From: Tubiluchus corallicola
Lineage: Eukaryota; Animalia; Priapulida
Length of the DNA: 64,000 nt
NCBI GenBank assembly: GCA_030141605.1
Contig: JAQGDQ010000337.1
Coordinates: 62,001-126,000, forward strand
Direction: 5' to 3'
The first letter of the stretch is position 1. Every line of letters begins with the position of its first letter. Shown piece after piece: positions 13,501-27,800 of the stretch. Made by a program: the position numbers and the translations under genes. The notes below the pieces were generated by a model. That model was not told the origin of the DNA. It saw only the letters and a list, made by a program, of their open reading frames with translations, and did not search any database.

Positions 13501-16500
13501 TACAAGCACACTTTAAAATCAAAGCAACATAAAGCAACAGGACAACAGTGTTCAGCAACACTAGTTTAGAAAAATATTTACTAATACGTACTGAGGAACA
13601 GGTATGTAACGCAACTTGTGATGACCAAGATCAGCGACTTCAAGGTAATCACTGACCACAGAAGAACTACCTATAAAAATTGTAAAAATACAGACACATC
13701 ACATTTTTTCATACAGCAATGGCCGAGTGACAACGTGACAGCTTCGTACCTGAGAAATGTGCATTCAATTCCCAGCCAGGTCACACAAATGATGTACATA
13801 TGATAATGTTTATTGGACCTGTATGTAGGTGCTGACATTAGGAAATTAGTGAAATAAAAATTCACTAATTAAATTTCTAATACCATAATTGTGAATGGAT
13901 CGGTTTTGAATTGTGTACACAAGTTTTACTGTTTAAGACAAAGATTGTTAAAGATAATTTAGCCTTACAAAACAGAAAAGCAAAAAAAACATAATCATAA
14001 TCAAACAGTAAGTGTAGAATCGGTTAAAATTCACTGATTAAGTTTCTAATGTCATAATTGTGAATGGATCAGTTTTGAATTGGCACACACTTCTCGAAAT
14101 TGAAGGAATGATTGGTGTTATGGCCCTACATATTTTGGACTTAGATGTGTTCACATTGCAGGAAACTGGTCAAAAATTTTCCTGAATGAAGAACCATCCC
14201 AGACACTTCTCCTCTCCAGCTCCTGTTCAGCGGCACTATACCAGACATTCCGGTACCCCCGTTTCTGAAAATCCTGGATCCGCCCCTGATTTTCATTCTG
14301 TGAGCTCTGATTTACCTCAAATTGCAAAAATCAATTGTAACTAGTAGCAAATGTGTTTACCAAAATCGTATAATAACAAAATCGAGTTGATCAATACCTG
14401 GAGGAAATACATCCTTTGGAACTTTCCACGCGGGTACGGCTCTCACGACCTGAGCCGACTTCGGAAGAAATGCTGTGGATTTCATTCTGTTGATGTCAGC
14501 AACCGTGCGAGGATCTCCGGGCCGCATAGCCAGATCCATTGCATCGTCGTCCCACTTAACACTGGGAAATGAGTGAATTTCAATATCTGACTGAATAGTA
14601 ATACAAGAAAACAATTTATAAATACTTTTTATATCAAATTAACAAAGAAGAACAATACAAATAATAAATAATTAAATTAAACAACGAATATTTATTTACC
14701 AATTTTATTACTGCAGACAATAATTTATGTCTAACAAGAGCACTAATTTCAATATAAGTAAAACACATAATTCAGAAAGACAGAAATGCAAAAGTTATGA
14801 CAGCATCTGGAGTCAAACTAAGGTCTTTTGGCTTATAAATCAGCAATATGGGAAAACTCTTTTACATTTAGTGCATTAAAATATGCAGGAATTTTTAAAT
14901 GAATAAGTGCACCATAAGCATCGAATTAACATCGACCGCAAATTAACGTGCTGGGCTTCCATGTCAATGATTCCTAGTTCAGAACCACGTCCGGTAAAAA
15001 TATTTTCAAATTTCAATTTCCATTAATCAAGATATTTAACCACAAAATATTTAAGGAATACGAAAGACGTACACTTATTTCCGGAAATCCAATGGCTACA
15101 TTTGCGTACGATGAAAGAGTCGTAAATGTTCTGTTAGGAGCTGTAATTTTTTGATGAAGCACCTTCGACAACTGGTTATTGTCCAGTTCTTCACTGAACA
15201 ACACTTCAACGTCACTATGTCCACTACTGTAAATGTATAACAATAAAAGTCTAGAGTTAATACTAGAGGTACTAGAACAAACTCATTCTATAATTTTGTG
15301 ACATCAGAGATTAGTTGATTTACCATGCATCTACCTGCAGTGTTACAAACTTAATGCAAATAAGAGGTGTCTTCGGTACAATTCGTAAAATTTTTTTATT
15401 CATTAAGCCACTACAAAAATTGGAAAAAACTGATTGCTTAATGTTTTACTGTTGTGTTTATATAATATCAGAAGGAGAAGAAGTGATAGTCCCACATAAT
15501 ATTGGAAAAAACCTAATTGTAGCCATCTGCTGCTACTGTATATGTGTGCTTACAGTTTCCCAGACTAGTAGCTCACACAGCTGAAAGAGAGATGAGACTA
15601 GCTAAGCAATCACAGCATTTGCTTGGCTGTCAAGTCGAGTAATGTCTGACCTGATTAGCAAATAGATAAGTAATCACTGGCAAAACTGCATGCATGTTTC
15701 TCTGAGTATATACACAGAATGTGTGTTTCTCTCACTGAGAGAGAATGTGTGTTTCTCTCACTGAGAGAGAATGTGTGTTTCTCTCACTGAGAGAGAATGT
15801 GTGTTTCTCTCACTGAGAGAGAATGTGTGTTTCTCTCATTGATAGAGAATGTGTGTTTCTCTCACTGAGAGAGGATGTGTGTTTCTCTCACTGAGAGAGA
15901 ATGTATGTTTCTCTCATTGAGAGAGACTGTACGTTTCTCTCACTGAGAGAGAATGTATGTTTCTCTCACTGAGAGAGAATGTGCGTTTCTCTCACTGAGA
16001 GAGAATGTATGTTACTCTCACTGAGAGAGAATGTGTGTTTCTCTCACTGAGAGAGAATGTATGTTACTCTCACTGAAAGAGAATGAGTGTTTCTCTCATT
16101 GAGAGAGAATGTGTGTTTCTCTCACTGAGAGAGAATGTGTGTTTCTCTCACTGAGAGAGAATGTATGTTTCTCTCACTGAGAGAGAATGTGTGTTTCTCT
16201 CATTGAGAGAGAATGTGTGTTTCTCTCATTGATAGAGAATGTGTGTTTCTCTCACTGAGAGAGGATGTGTGTTTCTCTCACTGAGAAAGAATGTATGTTT
16301 CTCTCACTGAGAGAGAATGTGCGTTTCTCTCACTGAGAGAGAATGTATGTTACTCTCACTGAGAGAGAATGAGTGTTTCTCTCACTGAGAGAGAATGTAT
16401 GTTACTCTCACTGAAAGAGAATGAGTGTTTCTCTCATTGAGAGAGAATGTGTGTTTCTCTCACTGAGAGAGAATGTATGTTTCTCTCACTGAGAGAGAAT

Positions 16501-19500
16501 GTATGTTTCTCTCACTGAGAGAGAATGTACATTTCTTGAGAGAGGATGTATATGCTTTCCAATGTAGCTAGGATCACTTTACTTGTTCACTGTCTCATTT
16601 AGAGGACTGACTTTAGAGGAATAAGAAAGGTTCCAGTCCTTCCTCAACTATTTACATTAGTTGTAAACGTTGCCATTGGCAGCTGGGTTCCTGCTTGCTA
16701 AACAGAAAATTGTAGATCTAAAAAAACGTAAAACTTTACCTAAACTAAAATTTTCCATAAAACTATTGAATAGTGTCAATAAACTGATCTAGGAAAGAAT
16801 TTCAATCATTACTATAAAAATGAAAAGTAACTCTTCCATTGCAGTGCCAGTCAACTTTGATGGTGCAAATAAAGGTGCAAAACACAATAAGAGAAGACTC
16901 ACCCAGACACATCTTGAATGGACAAAGCTTCAATTTTGCAAGTTGCTATTAACCCAGCATCAGTTTTTGAAGCAGTTAACACGTATTGCCTAAAACAGAA
17001 ACATAGTAATGAATATGATAGTAAAAAGTAAATAAACTGAGAATTTACCATCATTTTTAAAGATTTTACTTAAGCGAAATGGTGAGAGCACACTAAAAAC
17101 AGATAATTATGATAATACACTCATATCTCGGTTTGCCGGACTAAAGCGTGAAAACGTCTGTCCGTATTGTCGTATTTGCTGATTGTCCATATTTTCCAAA
17201 ACTAAGCTAACAGTAATATAATAGATGCCGCGTATTACTCACTGTTATGTAGAATCAGTCAGCTAGTAGGGGCTGCTCCTATGTAGAGTATATAAAAACT
17301 GTCAGCAATTGACTCAAATAATTCCGCATAATTGCACCTGATTAAACCACTAACATGCTGACATACAAGCTACACACGTGTCGTTGCACGCTGCTTGGAT
17401 GTAAACGAGGTGGCCTGCTAACTAGTGGTCAGCGTCTGTAGTATGCAGGACATTTTAACGGGCTAGACTTTGTCCGAATTTTCCGATATCCGTAAAAGCG
17501 AGGTCCGGCAAACCGAGATATAAGTGTATAGTTTATGTACCAATAATGACTGCACAATCACTATAATAAGTACATTTAAAGCATAAGAAAACCATCCACT
17601 TAAGCTTAAAAAATTTGACTTGTAAATTTATACTACTTACATACTGGCTTTTTGCATGCAGGACTTTCATCTGCAGTAACGCTGTATAAAACTTGTAAAT
17701 TTAAACTCCCAGGATAACCATTAGATGCAGCCATTTTAATGGTAGGTCTTTTGAAACAAGTTTTGATAACATTGAATAAAATTTGAAACAATAATCAGAG
17801 CATTTGTAGCACACAAGTCAAAAATTAAGTAAAATTTTAAATTACTGTATCTTGTTAATAAGATTAAAAATATGTTTTGGGTTAGTGAGTGGTGCACCTT
17901 GGAGGTGAGTCAACGAAATTTTACCAATTGGCACAAACATTTTAAATTATTATTTCTAGTTACATAAGACCTTTCAGCAGGTAAACGAAATGCTAAGCTT
18001 TTCACATAGATTTGCATGGAAAGCTTTTTGGGACATAATTTAACATTGCCTTTTCTTCCCCTGATTTACGTTTGCATGGGTGACATCATGTAACTGCGTC
18101 GTCGGAACAATTTCGGGGGAAATTTAAAATGAAAATAAACGAAAATTCCTTTCAACGCGAGCACAATATAAATTTGCCGTACAGCAATATAATTTTTTTA
18201 AGGCAATTTTCCTGAAACCTACTTCAGGTACCCCTTTTTCTTGTCCTTTAGGTATTTAGTATTCAGTAAATATCAAATATTTTCCAGTGTTCTAGCGAAA
18301 CATAATCACTTACCTGTTATCTACAGATGTGACAAGCCACTTATCAACAGCAGCCATCTTAACATTGGCAATTGAGAACGGAACTGTAACTGCTGCAGAT
18401 GTACCGGTGTTAAGACATACAGCATTGAGAACATCGCTAGAACATAAAATAAAACATTGACTATAACAACAATGAATCATTTCAGATGCTTCGCTATTGG
18501 GAGATGAAGTATTGAGGGTGTTACTAGAACATAACTCCAACAGTAACTGATGTTCCAATGTTGCGATATAAAGCATAGAGTATATTACTGAAACATAAAT
18601 AAATTTTTTACTATAATTGCCAAAAGTGTTCTAACATTGAGATTCATAGAGATTTGAAGGTACTACTAAAACAAAATGAGGCTTGAACTATAGCTGCCGC
18701 GTGTGTTCTACTATTGAAACATCGGGTAATTAATTTATTTAGATATTACTAGAATGTATATAAAATTTTTCCTACAGCAACTGCAAAGTTTCATTGTTGA
18801 AACATACAATATTGTTAGTACATAACAAAAAAAATTGAGCATCTTACTAGAACATGAAATAGAGATACGGTGTTCCCTCACTACTTCGCGGTTCGTTTAT
18901 CGCGGACTCGCTGTTTCGCGGGTTTTCAAAATATTAAAGTAAAATATTTATCGTGGTATTTTCGCTGTTTCGCGGGTTTTTGCGGTACTCCGTCTAAAGT
19001 ATTTTTGCACATGCATAGTACGTATTGTAAAGTAATGTATAGATTTGATTAATTTTGTATAAAAAATCACAAAATGTATAAAAATATATTAAAAATATAC
19101 TAACATTAAAAGAATATTATAAATCATAAAAAATTACGATTTACAGTAAATAGTGTATTTATTCGGCGGATGAATACACACCAAAAACAAAATGTAGTAC
19201 TTGTGCCTGCTTGAGACGCTACTTGCCGACGTGAGATTGTACACAACACACGATTGGTTGGTTGATGGAAAGCGACCTTAAAATAAGCATAGCGGCCCTA
19301 CTTCGCGGAAATTCACTTATCGCGGTTGGGCCTGGAACGGAACACCTGCGATAAGTGGGGGAACACTGTAAACAAAAAATGGTTTCAATTTGTTTTTGCC
19401 TACAGTGAATACAGATCTGCAAATAAAGAACTGTCACAGAGACAGCTTGCTAGACAAGAAAATGTCAAAGTTTAGATTAATGTTATTCAAACTCACGAGC

Positions 19501-21763
19501 TTAAACAACTTTAATTATCTATGAAAAATACTTTGCCGATTATCAAACGTACCTGTTAATTTGATAATGTATAAAAGTGTTTTCGTGGCAAAATTCAGGA
19601 GCAACTTTATGCCGATCCTGGAATGAAAATGAAGCAAGTTATATGGTTGATTTAGTGGTAAATGGTAAGGCCCATCATGTGTGTTGAAATCATATACATT
19701 GCACATTTGATACAGCATGCAGGGTCAGTGAATGCTACTTGATGTATGTGGAGGTAGGATTAACAGCGGGTCAGTGAGTCCGGATGATGTGGCTCATCTT
19801 GTGTGTTGAAATCATTAACATTGTACATTTGATACAGCATGCAGGGGTCAGTGAATGCTACTTGCTGTATATGAGAGGTAGGATTATCAGCGGGTCATCG
19901 AGTCCGGATGTCACACATGCAGTTAATATCTCACTAATCAGTTGCAGCACTACGTATTTTAGCTCCCTGCGATAAAATTGCATGTTTACATATTTAGCAT
20001 AAAACTAACAATAGTCAAATAGTCAACCTTCAAAGCATTTATTATTAAAACAACAAAACTTTAATTTACAACTGTTTAAAAATGAGCAAAGTAGTTCAAT
20101 TCCATTAACTTTATTTTCAAACACTTAGCTATCTCTTACTGCATCCATTTCTTTTCTACAGGTCTGTTTTTCATTACTTTGGCTTCTTTGTAAATACATA
20201 ATTCATGCATAATTTTCTGTACTGTAGGCTTTGCCTATATAAACTGGTTTGTTGTTTGTATAATGTACCATTGATGATGACAGCTGATTGCGTTTAGGCA
20301 TGTTTTAAATTAACAGTTGTAAATTAAGTTTTTAATAAAAGTTGTGTTGTTTTAATAATGACAATTATTTTCTTTGCCATTCCCAAATTCAATGTTATTT
20401 AAATTCAGCGATCGAGCGTGCGGTATTCAGCTTACCATCATCATCAAATGAAAATACCACAAAAACAATAGAATCAAAGTAACATACAATGATATCTTTG
20501 CTGAAGCGACTACATATCATGGAGCTTTGACATAAATTAGCACAATTCAGAGCAGCAAGACAGTAAATCATCAAGCATTGGACTATTATAAAAGAAACTG
20601 TCCTTCTGCCGGGTGGGACAATTTATTCCTCAATATATTTTTACTTACTATTTAAAATATGTTTACTTACATTGCAGAAATGGTTGCGCATTATTATTAA
20701 CAATACTGTGAAGTTTTTACATAGGTAGTTTACAATAATCTACATAGGAACAGGTAATCTACACAGCACACCCTAAACACTATACGGTATGGCAATTTAG
20801 GTAAGTCGTCTAGAGTAATTTAGCATTTAACTCTGGTACAAACACACTGTGTAAATTTAAGTGGAACCTTATTTAGATTATAATACTGTTATTAACATTG
20901 CCATTATGACATTGCCTTGTTGTCAGGGTCATGTAGACACTTACGTGAAATGCTTAAAATCTGTGAAAAATATGGTATAAAATGGAGTATCTCACTTAAT
21001 CCTAACAAAACATGGCTTCTTTATTTTGGTAAAAGCTTTACTGGAGAGTGTAATCTGTTTTTGCGGTAAACAAGTGATCTGGAAACAGACAGTGAAGTAT
21101 TTGGGTTGCGATACTTTGACAAGTGATAGTTTTTCTATTGATGTTTCATATTAAAAGGAAATTTATTGGATCCGTGAATAATATTCTCTCAAGTATGGGC
21201 CATAATCGTAATGACACAGTAGCTAAAACTCTGATCAATACATATTGTCTAGCTATTGTATTATACGGATGCGAAATTGGGGGTATATCAAACGATGAAG
21301 TTAATGCCATTAGGGTAAAATGGAACATTGCTTATAGAAAAATATTCGATTTTAGACAAAATGAAAGTGTCAAATTGTTAATGTATTTTTGTGGCACAAT
21401 GCCTGCGAATTATTTAATAGATAGTCGAAAATTAAACTTTGTGAGAAAAATTGTAAACTCTTGCACATTGAGAATTCCAAAGCTATGCTACTATGTAAAT
21501 AACAGTCAAGTAAATTTAATATTTAAATATGGTTGTACTGTAGATCTAAACGAAAATGTAAAATTACAGGTTAAGAACTCATTTAAAGAATATGTTTTAA
21601 GATATCTATTATAGCTCCTTACAACACTGTATAATGTAATAAAATTACAAGGGAACTACAATGTGTGGTTATTATAAAGTTGAATGTCTGTAGACATGTT
21701 ACTCTACTAACATCGCATTACCTGTTTTACTAACATCTTTATCTTTGTATACGAAATAAACTC

Positions 21764-21801
<38 letters not shown>

Positions 21802-24800
21802 TAACAATGGACCGTTTAGAGAAAAACAGGATGATTTTTCGCATTTCGAAGTATAGTAAAAAAAGTACATGTTAACACCTATAATAATGTCAAGTGTTTC
21901 TGATAACTAAATATTAAGTGAGCAAGCACAACTGCCAGTGACATCACAAATGAACATAATTTTCAACAGCAGAAACATTCCATGAGAGTGCAGCACGTGT
22001 TTGCAAAGCAAAAATTGAAGTGCAGTGCCATCGTACAGCATTCAGTGTGGTGCAAAAAAACTCCACAAATTTTAAGTTTAAAATGTTCAAATTTCATGTT
22101 TACCGTTGTACTCATACATGAACTCTGAAACGTGTATGCTACACCCCACCGATAACCTTTAAACTGAGGGGTACAGGACCTGTTTTTTGTGCAATGCGTT
22201 TTCGAGATCTAGGCGCCTGTGCCAGTCTAATTTGCAAATTGCTATATGTACGTAACACAAGAATGCAAAATTATGTTTCTGTGGTAATAATTCTTTCATG
22301 GAGGTCATTCCTGAAAATATAGCACGTTCCCTTTCAATATTTTACAGGTTAGATTGTTTTGTGCTGTTTGGTACAGTTTTCCTTTAAGATTACAGCCATG
22401 AACTCTCATGACAAGCATTTTGTGGGACACATAGTAGAAAACCATAATTCAGAAAATCTCGCTCACCTCTTGCTGGAACCTCCAACTAACTTTCTCCGCC
22501 ACAGTTTCAAGAAAGGAAGTGAGTTTGAAAGGACTGACTGTTGCAGCCGCTGGGTTGATGAAAAACGTCAGATTAGCCTGGAAAAACAAACGTAGTTGAA
22601 AACTAGGTTAAAACTTGACGAAAGATCTAATTGATCTAAAGATCTAATTAGCGTACAAGATTAGCTTCTATAAAAAGAAAAATAAGAAAGAGAAATGCGG
22701 CATAAAAAACTGAATATTAAGAAAATTGCAGAATTGCCTCAAACAACGTACCAGAATTTTCCGACCACATAAATGAACGAACGAACAAACAAATAAGCAA
22801 TCAAACAAACAAACTTACATCCAAACATACATACAAACAGACAAATATGCAATCAAATAAACAAATCAACCAGACAAGCAAGCAAGCAAACAAGCAAATC
22901 AATAAACAAGCAAGCAAGGAAACAAACAGGCAGACAAACATACAAACAGACATGCAAACAGGCAAACAAACAAATGCAAACAAATAAACAAACAAACAAA
23001 CCAAAAAACAAGCAAGCAAGAAAACAGACAGACAAACATACAAACATACATGCAAAGGCCAACAAACAAATGCAAACATCCCAACAATCAAGGAAACAAG
23101 CAAGCAAGCTAATCAATGAACAGATTTCTTTTAGATTTAGCGGCAGCTTAGTCATTTAAATCTCCATGACAACCACACTGAACATAATGTAAATAATATC
23201 TTGTTGATCTTGTGCAGGCATGTCAAAATCTATAAATTGATCAGAAGACCATTCAGTTTGCAGGCAAGCTAAAATTTACACATTGATCAGACAAACAAAC
23301 TCATGCATGTTTGAAAAAAGTCTTGATGAACGGATATCTCACGTCACTTGTTCCCATGACTTCTAATCGAGAACAATGACCACCCTAATGCGTTAGAAAT
23401 TTGTTGACACCAACCGGCACAATGCGCTCTTTCAAAAGAGCATAAAATCATTAACAGTCGTCAGTCAAATCACTGACGATGATAAATGACTGTAATTTTT
23501 CAGTGGTAATTAGATGTGAACATGCAGAGGAGAAGATAATAGAGATTAATTTTATTTAGTAAAACTTGTAAAAACTACTACAATGCATAAAAGCATCATA
23601 TTTCTATTTCTCATGCAATGTGCATGGTTATGCTTGTCTGATAGTTTTTCATCCATTTATAAGAAAGTTTTGACGGGCAAAGTGGTGACTGAGTGTGTCC
23701 TAAAGACCGAGCACCCAGTAAGTCTGGTCCAGTGTGCAGCGTTTTGCGAAAATCAGACGGGATGCATTGGCTTCAACATTGGCCATACGGATGGAGTCCT
23801 TCAATGTGAATTGAGCGCTTATGCTGCAAACGATTCGACAGAGACGGAAATGCCCAATTTTGATTTCTACGAAAGAGGTAAGTGGATAAACTCATTGTGC
23901 ACAATAAACTGTTTATAATATTGACGTGCAAAGTGTTTATACTTGACTTTATGTCCACGTAGTTTACTTTACGTCAGTTGGTATAATGTCCAATGCAATG
24001 CCAGCAAAAATCGCAGAAGATCTTGTCACATAGTGTTAAAAGCTGTTAACCTTTCAGCCTGTTTTTGCGTTTTTTAGTTTTATATTTATGTATGTGTGTA
24101 TGTACACGCTTCTAAGGTTATTCTATAATCACAGATTTCTGTTCATTTGCCTTTCACGGGGTAAAAACAATGAAACAGGTATAAAATACAGAAAACATTC
24201 GCTGTGATTGGTCAAATTCCAACTCCAAATATATAACTGACACTTGTACAGTCCAAAGAGGGAGGGAGACAGATGGCAGCACTATATTTTACCAAAAATT
24301 TCATCAATCAGTGAATTTTTTCTATTCTTTATCAGTGCATTAAATTCCAGTTAACAACAGGTAAAACGGTAATTAGAGAAACAAGTTTCACTGATATTAT
24401 TTTACAGGTAACTCAGGTAAATGCGACTCAGAATTCCTGGAATTTCGTGGTTCCTGTTACTACCTTCACCCAACACCAATCGATAGATGGAGCATTGCTC
24501 GTCAAGCATGCATCGATAAGGGAGGAGACCTCGTTAGCTTTGAATCCCCATCCGAAATGGCTTATATTCACGCACTGCAAAATACCTGGTTCTTCACTAG
24601 TGGGACGGACATTGCAGAAAAAGGAAAGTATGTGTGGGGTTCTACGGGATTAGCAGTGGATGCCTGCACGCCTCTGGCATGGGGCTTGGGAGAACCACAC
24701 CCAAGCCAGGTGGAGAATTACTTATTTGCCTTCACAAATGCAACATACGGAGATGCTCCAGATCTGACATCCATGCACTATGTGTGCGAAAAACTAAAAT

Positions 24801-27800
24801 AATCAAAGCAAAACATATTTTTGGCAATGGAATTTTATGGCGCCAGTATTGGATGATTTTGTACGAGAAGAGAAATTCTGACAAATTTCTGAGAACAGAC
24901 ATTTGATTAATAAATGTTTCTGCCTGAAATATGTTCAATAAAAAGTATGAAATGTATGAAAGTACAACAGACTTGTTAGGATGATTTGTCTGCATACTTT
25001 CATCAGACATCAAAAGTTTAATGTAGCACACCTAGTGTAGAATAGTGATGATGAACACCAAATTGCACACGTGTAAAAATCGTGTTTGCTGAAATATTCC
25101 ATGATACAATCATTCATTACTGCACCACCTGCCTTAGACATAATGCAGTGCTGGCTCAATATTGCATGCCTGGTTTGCTATCTTTTTTGTGCAAGGAAGA
25201 TATATTTCATAAGTTCCTTCCAGATGGCTCCTTCAATATAAAATTTTTGAAACATATGTTCCTGAAAGATTGCTGGATGTTGATGTAGCCACCGTACTTT
25301 GTTTTGTCAAAGTTTAACAGTTTTGGCCTAACCACCTTAGGCCTAGCTGTAGTGCTCCAAAGAAAGTTTAACCCATAAATTACCGAAATCCCATAAGGAT
25401 CATCTATGCTGGTGTTAGAAACAAATAAGCAAGTAAACAAGTCAAAACGCAAGCAAAAACAAACAAAGAAAAGAACTTTTATTGATCCAGACGCACAGTG
25501 TATTGACTTAACCTACTATGCTACTGCTCTTGTATCTAACAAAACCTAGATAGCATTGTCTTACAACAATCTATAAATTGATCAGACAGGGTTTGAAGCT
25601 AGTACATGCATGTCTTAATGGATTGTCATCCATTGCCCGATATCATTGGTTACAATTAGAGAATAGTAACTAACCTAATGTATTATTTATTTATTTCTTG
25701 ATACCAATTGTCACAAAGCTCCCTTCCTACAGAGTTTAACAGTCGCTACTAGTCAGTGGTGAAGATAAATGACCATAGTTTTCTCGGTAGTAATTAGATG
25801 CAAACACGTAGAGAACACAGTTGAGATGAATTTTACTCAGTAGAACTTGTAAAAGCTTCTACAATGCATAAAAGCATCATTTTTCTATTTCTCATGCAAT
25901 GTGCGTGGTTATGTTTGTCTAATAGTTTTTCGTCCATTTATAACAAAGTTCTGACGGGCAAAGTAGTGAACGAGTGTGTCCTAAAGACCGAGCACACAGT
26001 AAGTCTGGTTGATTGCGCAGCGTCTTGCGAACATCAGCCAGGGTGTATTGGCTTCAACATCGGTCGTATCGATGAAGACCTTCGATGTGAATTGAGCGCC
26101 TATGCTGCAAATGATTCGGCACAGACGGAAATGCCCAATTTTGATTTCTACGAAAGAGGTAAGTGGGTGAATTCATTGTGCGCTTATAATGCTGCTGTAC
26201 AATTGCTTCAATGCCCGACTTTGTGCCCATATAGGTTACTTTATGTCTGCTGATATAATGTTCAATGTGTCGTGTGCCAGTAGCTGAGCTGCAAAGTAGC
26301 AGAGAAATGTAGTGGTACTTGTCATATAGCCATCAAGTTTCAAGCCTCTTTCTGCATGTTCTAGTTTTATATTTACATATATATGTATGTATATATGCTT
26401 CTAGGGTTATGCTGTTACGGCAGATTTCTGTTTGTTCATTTCTCATGGGCTTTGCTCAATTTTCTCCCAATTTTGCTTTTTCGTTTTGTTTTATTCTAAT
26501 GTTTGACTGGGTTTTGTTAATACCATTTTATGTTTCACTGTTTCCTGTTTTATTTAGTTTTACATTTACCTCTGTGTGTTCGTTTTGTGTGCATTGTTTG
26601 TTTATCGTTTTTTTGTCAATGTCCGGTTTTTTTCCTCTTTACACTGCTCTAATGTGCTACTACATTCTGTCCTGTTTGTTATGTTTATAAATTATTAAAA
26701 ATCACCTCTACATACTTTGCAGGTCTGCTGGCTAAAAGACGAAAAAATGGGTATAAAATATAGAAAAAACTTGAGCAATTGGTGAAACGTTTTTTGTATC
26801 ATATATCCATTTTTTGTTATTTTAAGCCAAACGTCTAGGATTATATACATTCTCGCATTCAAAACTAAATATAGTCCTCAATTTTGGCGTTTCCTTTCTG
26901 CTTTTGCAAAGTGCAACCCTAAACCATGCATTAACTTCAAGTTTGCAATAGGTAAAATAATACTTGTGTACCTGCATTATTTTACAGGTAACTCAGGTAA
27001 ATGTGGCTCAGAATTCCTGGAATTTCGTGGTTCCTGTTACTACCTTCACCCAACAACAATCAATGGATGGAGTAATGCTCGTCAAGCGTGCATCGATAAG
27101 GGAGGAGACCTCGTTAGCTTTGAATCCCCATCCGAAATGGCTTACATTCATGCACTACAAACTGTCTGGTTCTTCACTAGTGGGACGGATGTTGCAGAAA
27201 AAGGAAAGTATGTGTGGGGTTCTACGGGATTAGCAGTGGATGCCTGTGCACCTCTGCCATGGGGCTCGGAAGAACCACAGTCTGGCAATGGTGAAAATTA
27301 CTTGTTTGCTATACAATCTGCAAAATATGGAGACACTGTCGATCTTGTAGCTTTGCACTACGTATGTGAAAAACTAGGATAGTCACAACACAACATATTT
27401 TTGGTAAAGGAATTACCTGCTACCAGTTTTGAATGATTTTGCACAAAAACACAGATTCTGTTCTTTGCAGTTTTGACAAATTTCACGGCACTCACAATTC
27501 TTTAATAATTTTTTTTGCTTAGAATATATTCAATAAAAAGTATGAATGTATCAAAGTACGAGAAACTTGTCAGAATGGTTTTTCTGTATGCTTTTATCAG
27601 ACACAAAAATTTAATGTAGAATGATGATTGTGAACAATAAATTATACACGTGTGAAGTAATTGTTTGTTGAAATATTCACTGATTAATAATTTCTTAGAA
27701 ACAGCATGTAGCTGGCTGATTAGTACATGTCTGGTTTACTAACTGTCTTTTAGTGTAAGGAAGATACATTTCCCAATTTCCTTTCAGATGGCATGGCTCC

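Noticed and set aside
15716-16540. Palindromic repeat array as a CRISPR
   Set aside because: Units are contiguous with no unique spacers, there are no cas genes, and the context is a eukaryotic intron.
22104-22124. 21 nt in-frame VWA8 micro-exon candidate (SSCMSTT)
   Set aside because: Not needed for alignment to homologues and lies in transposon-like sequence; such sites arise by chance.
22801-23159. Overlapping hydrophobic ORFs (LFVCL...)
   Set aside because: Translations of a degenerate (CAAA)n repeat.
26319-26690. 123 aa Phe-rich ORF
   Set aside because: T-rich low-complexity sequence inside the lectin copy B intron.
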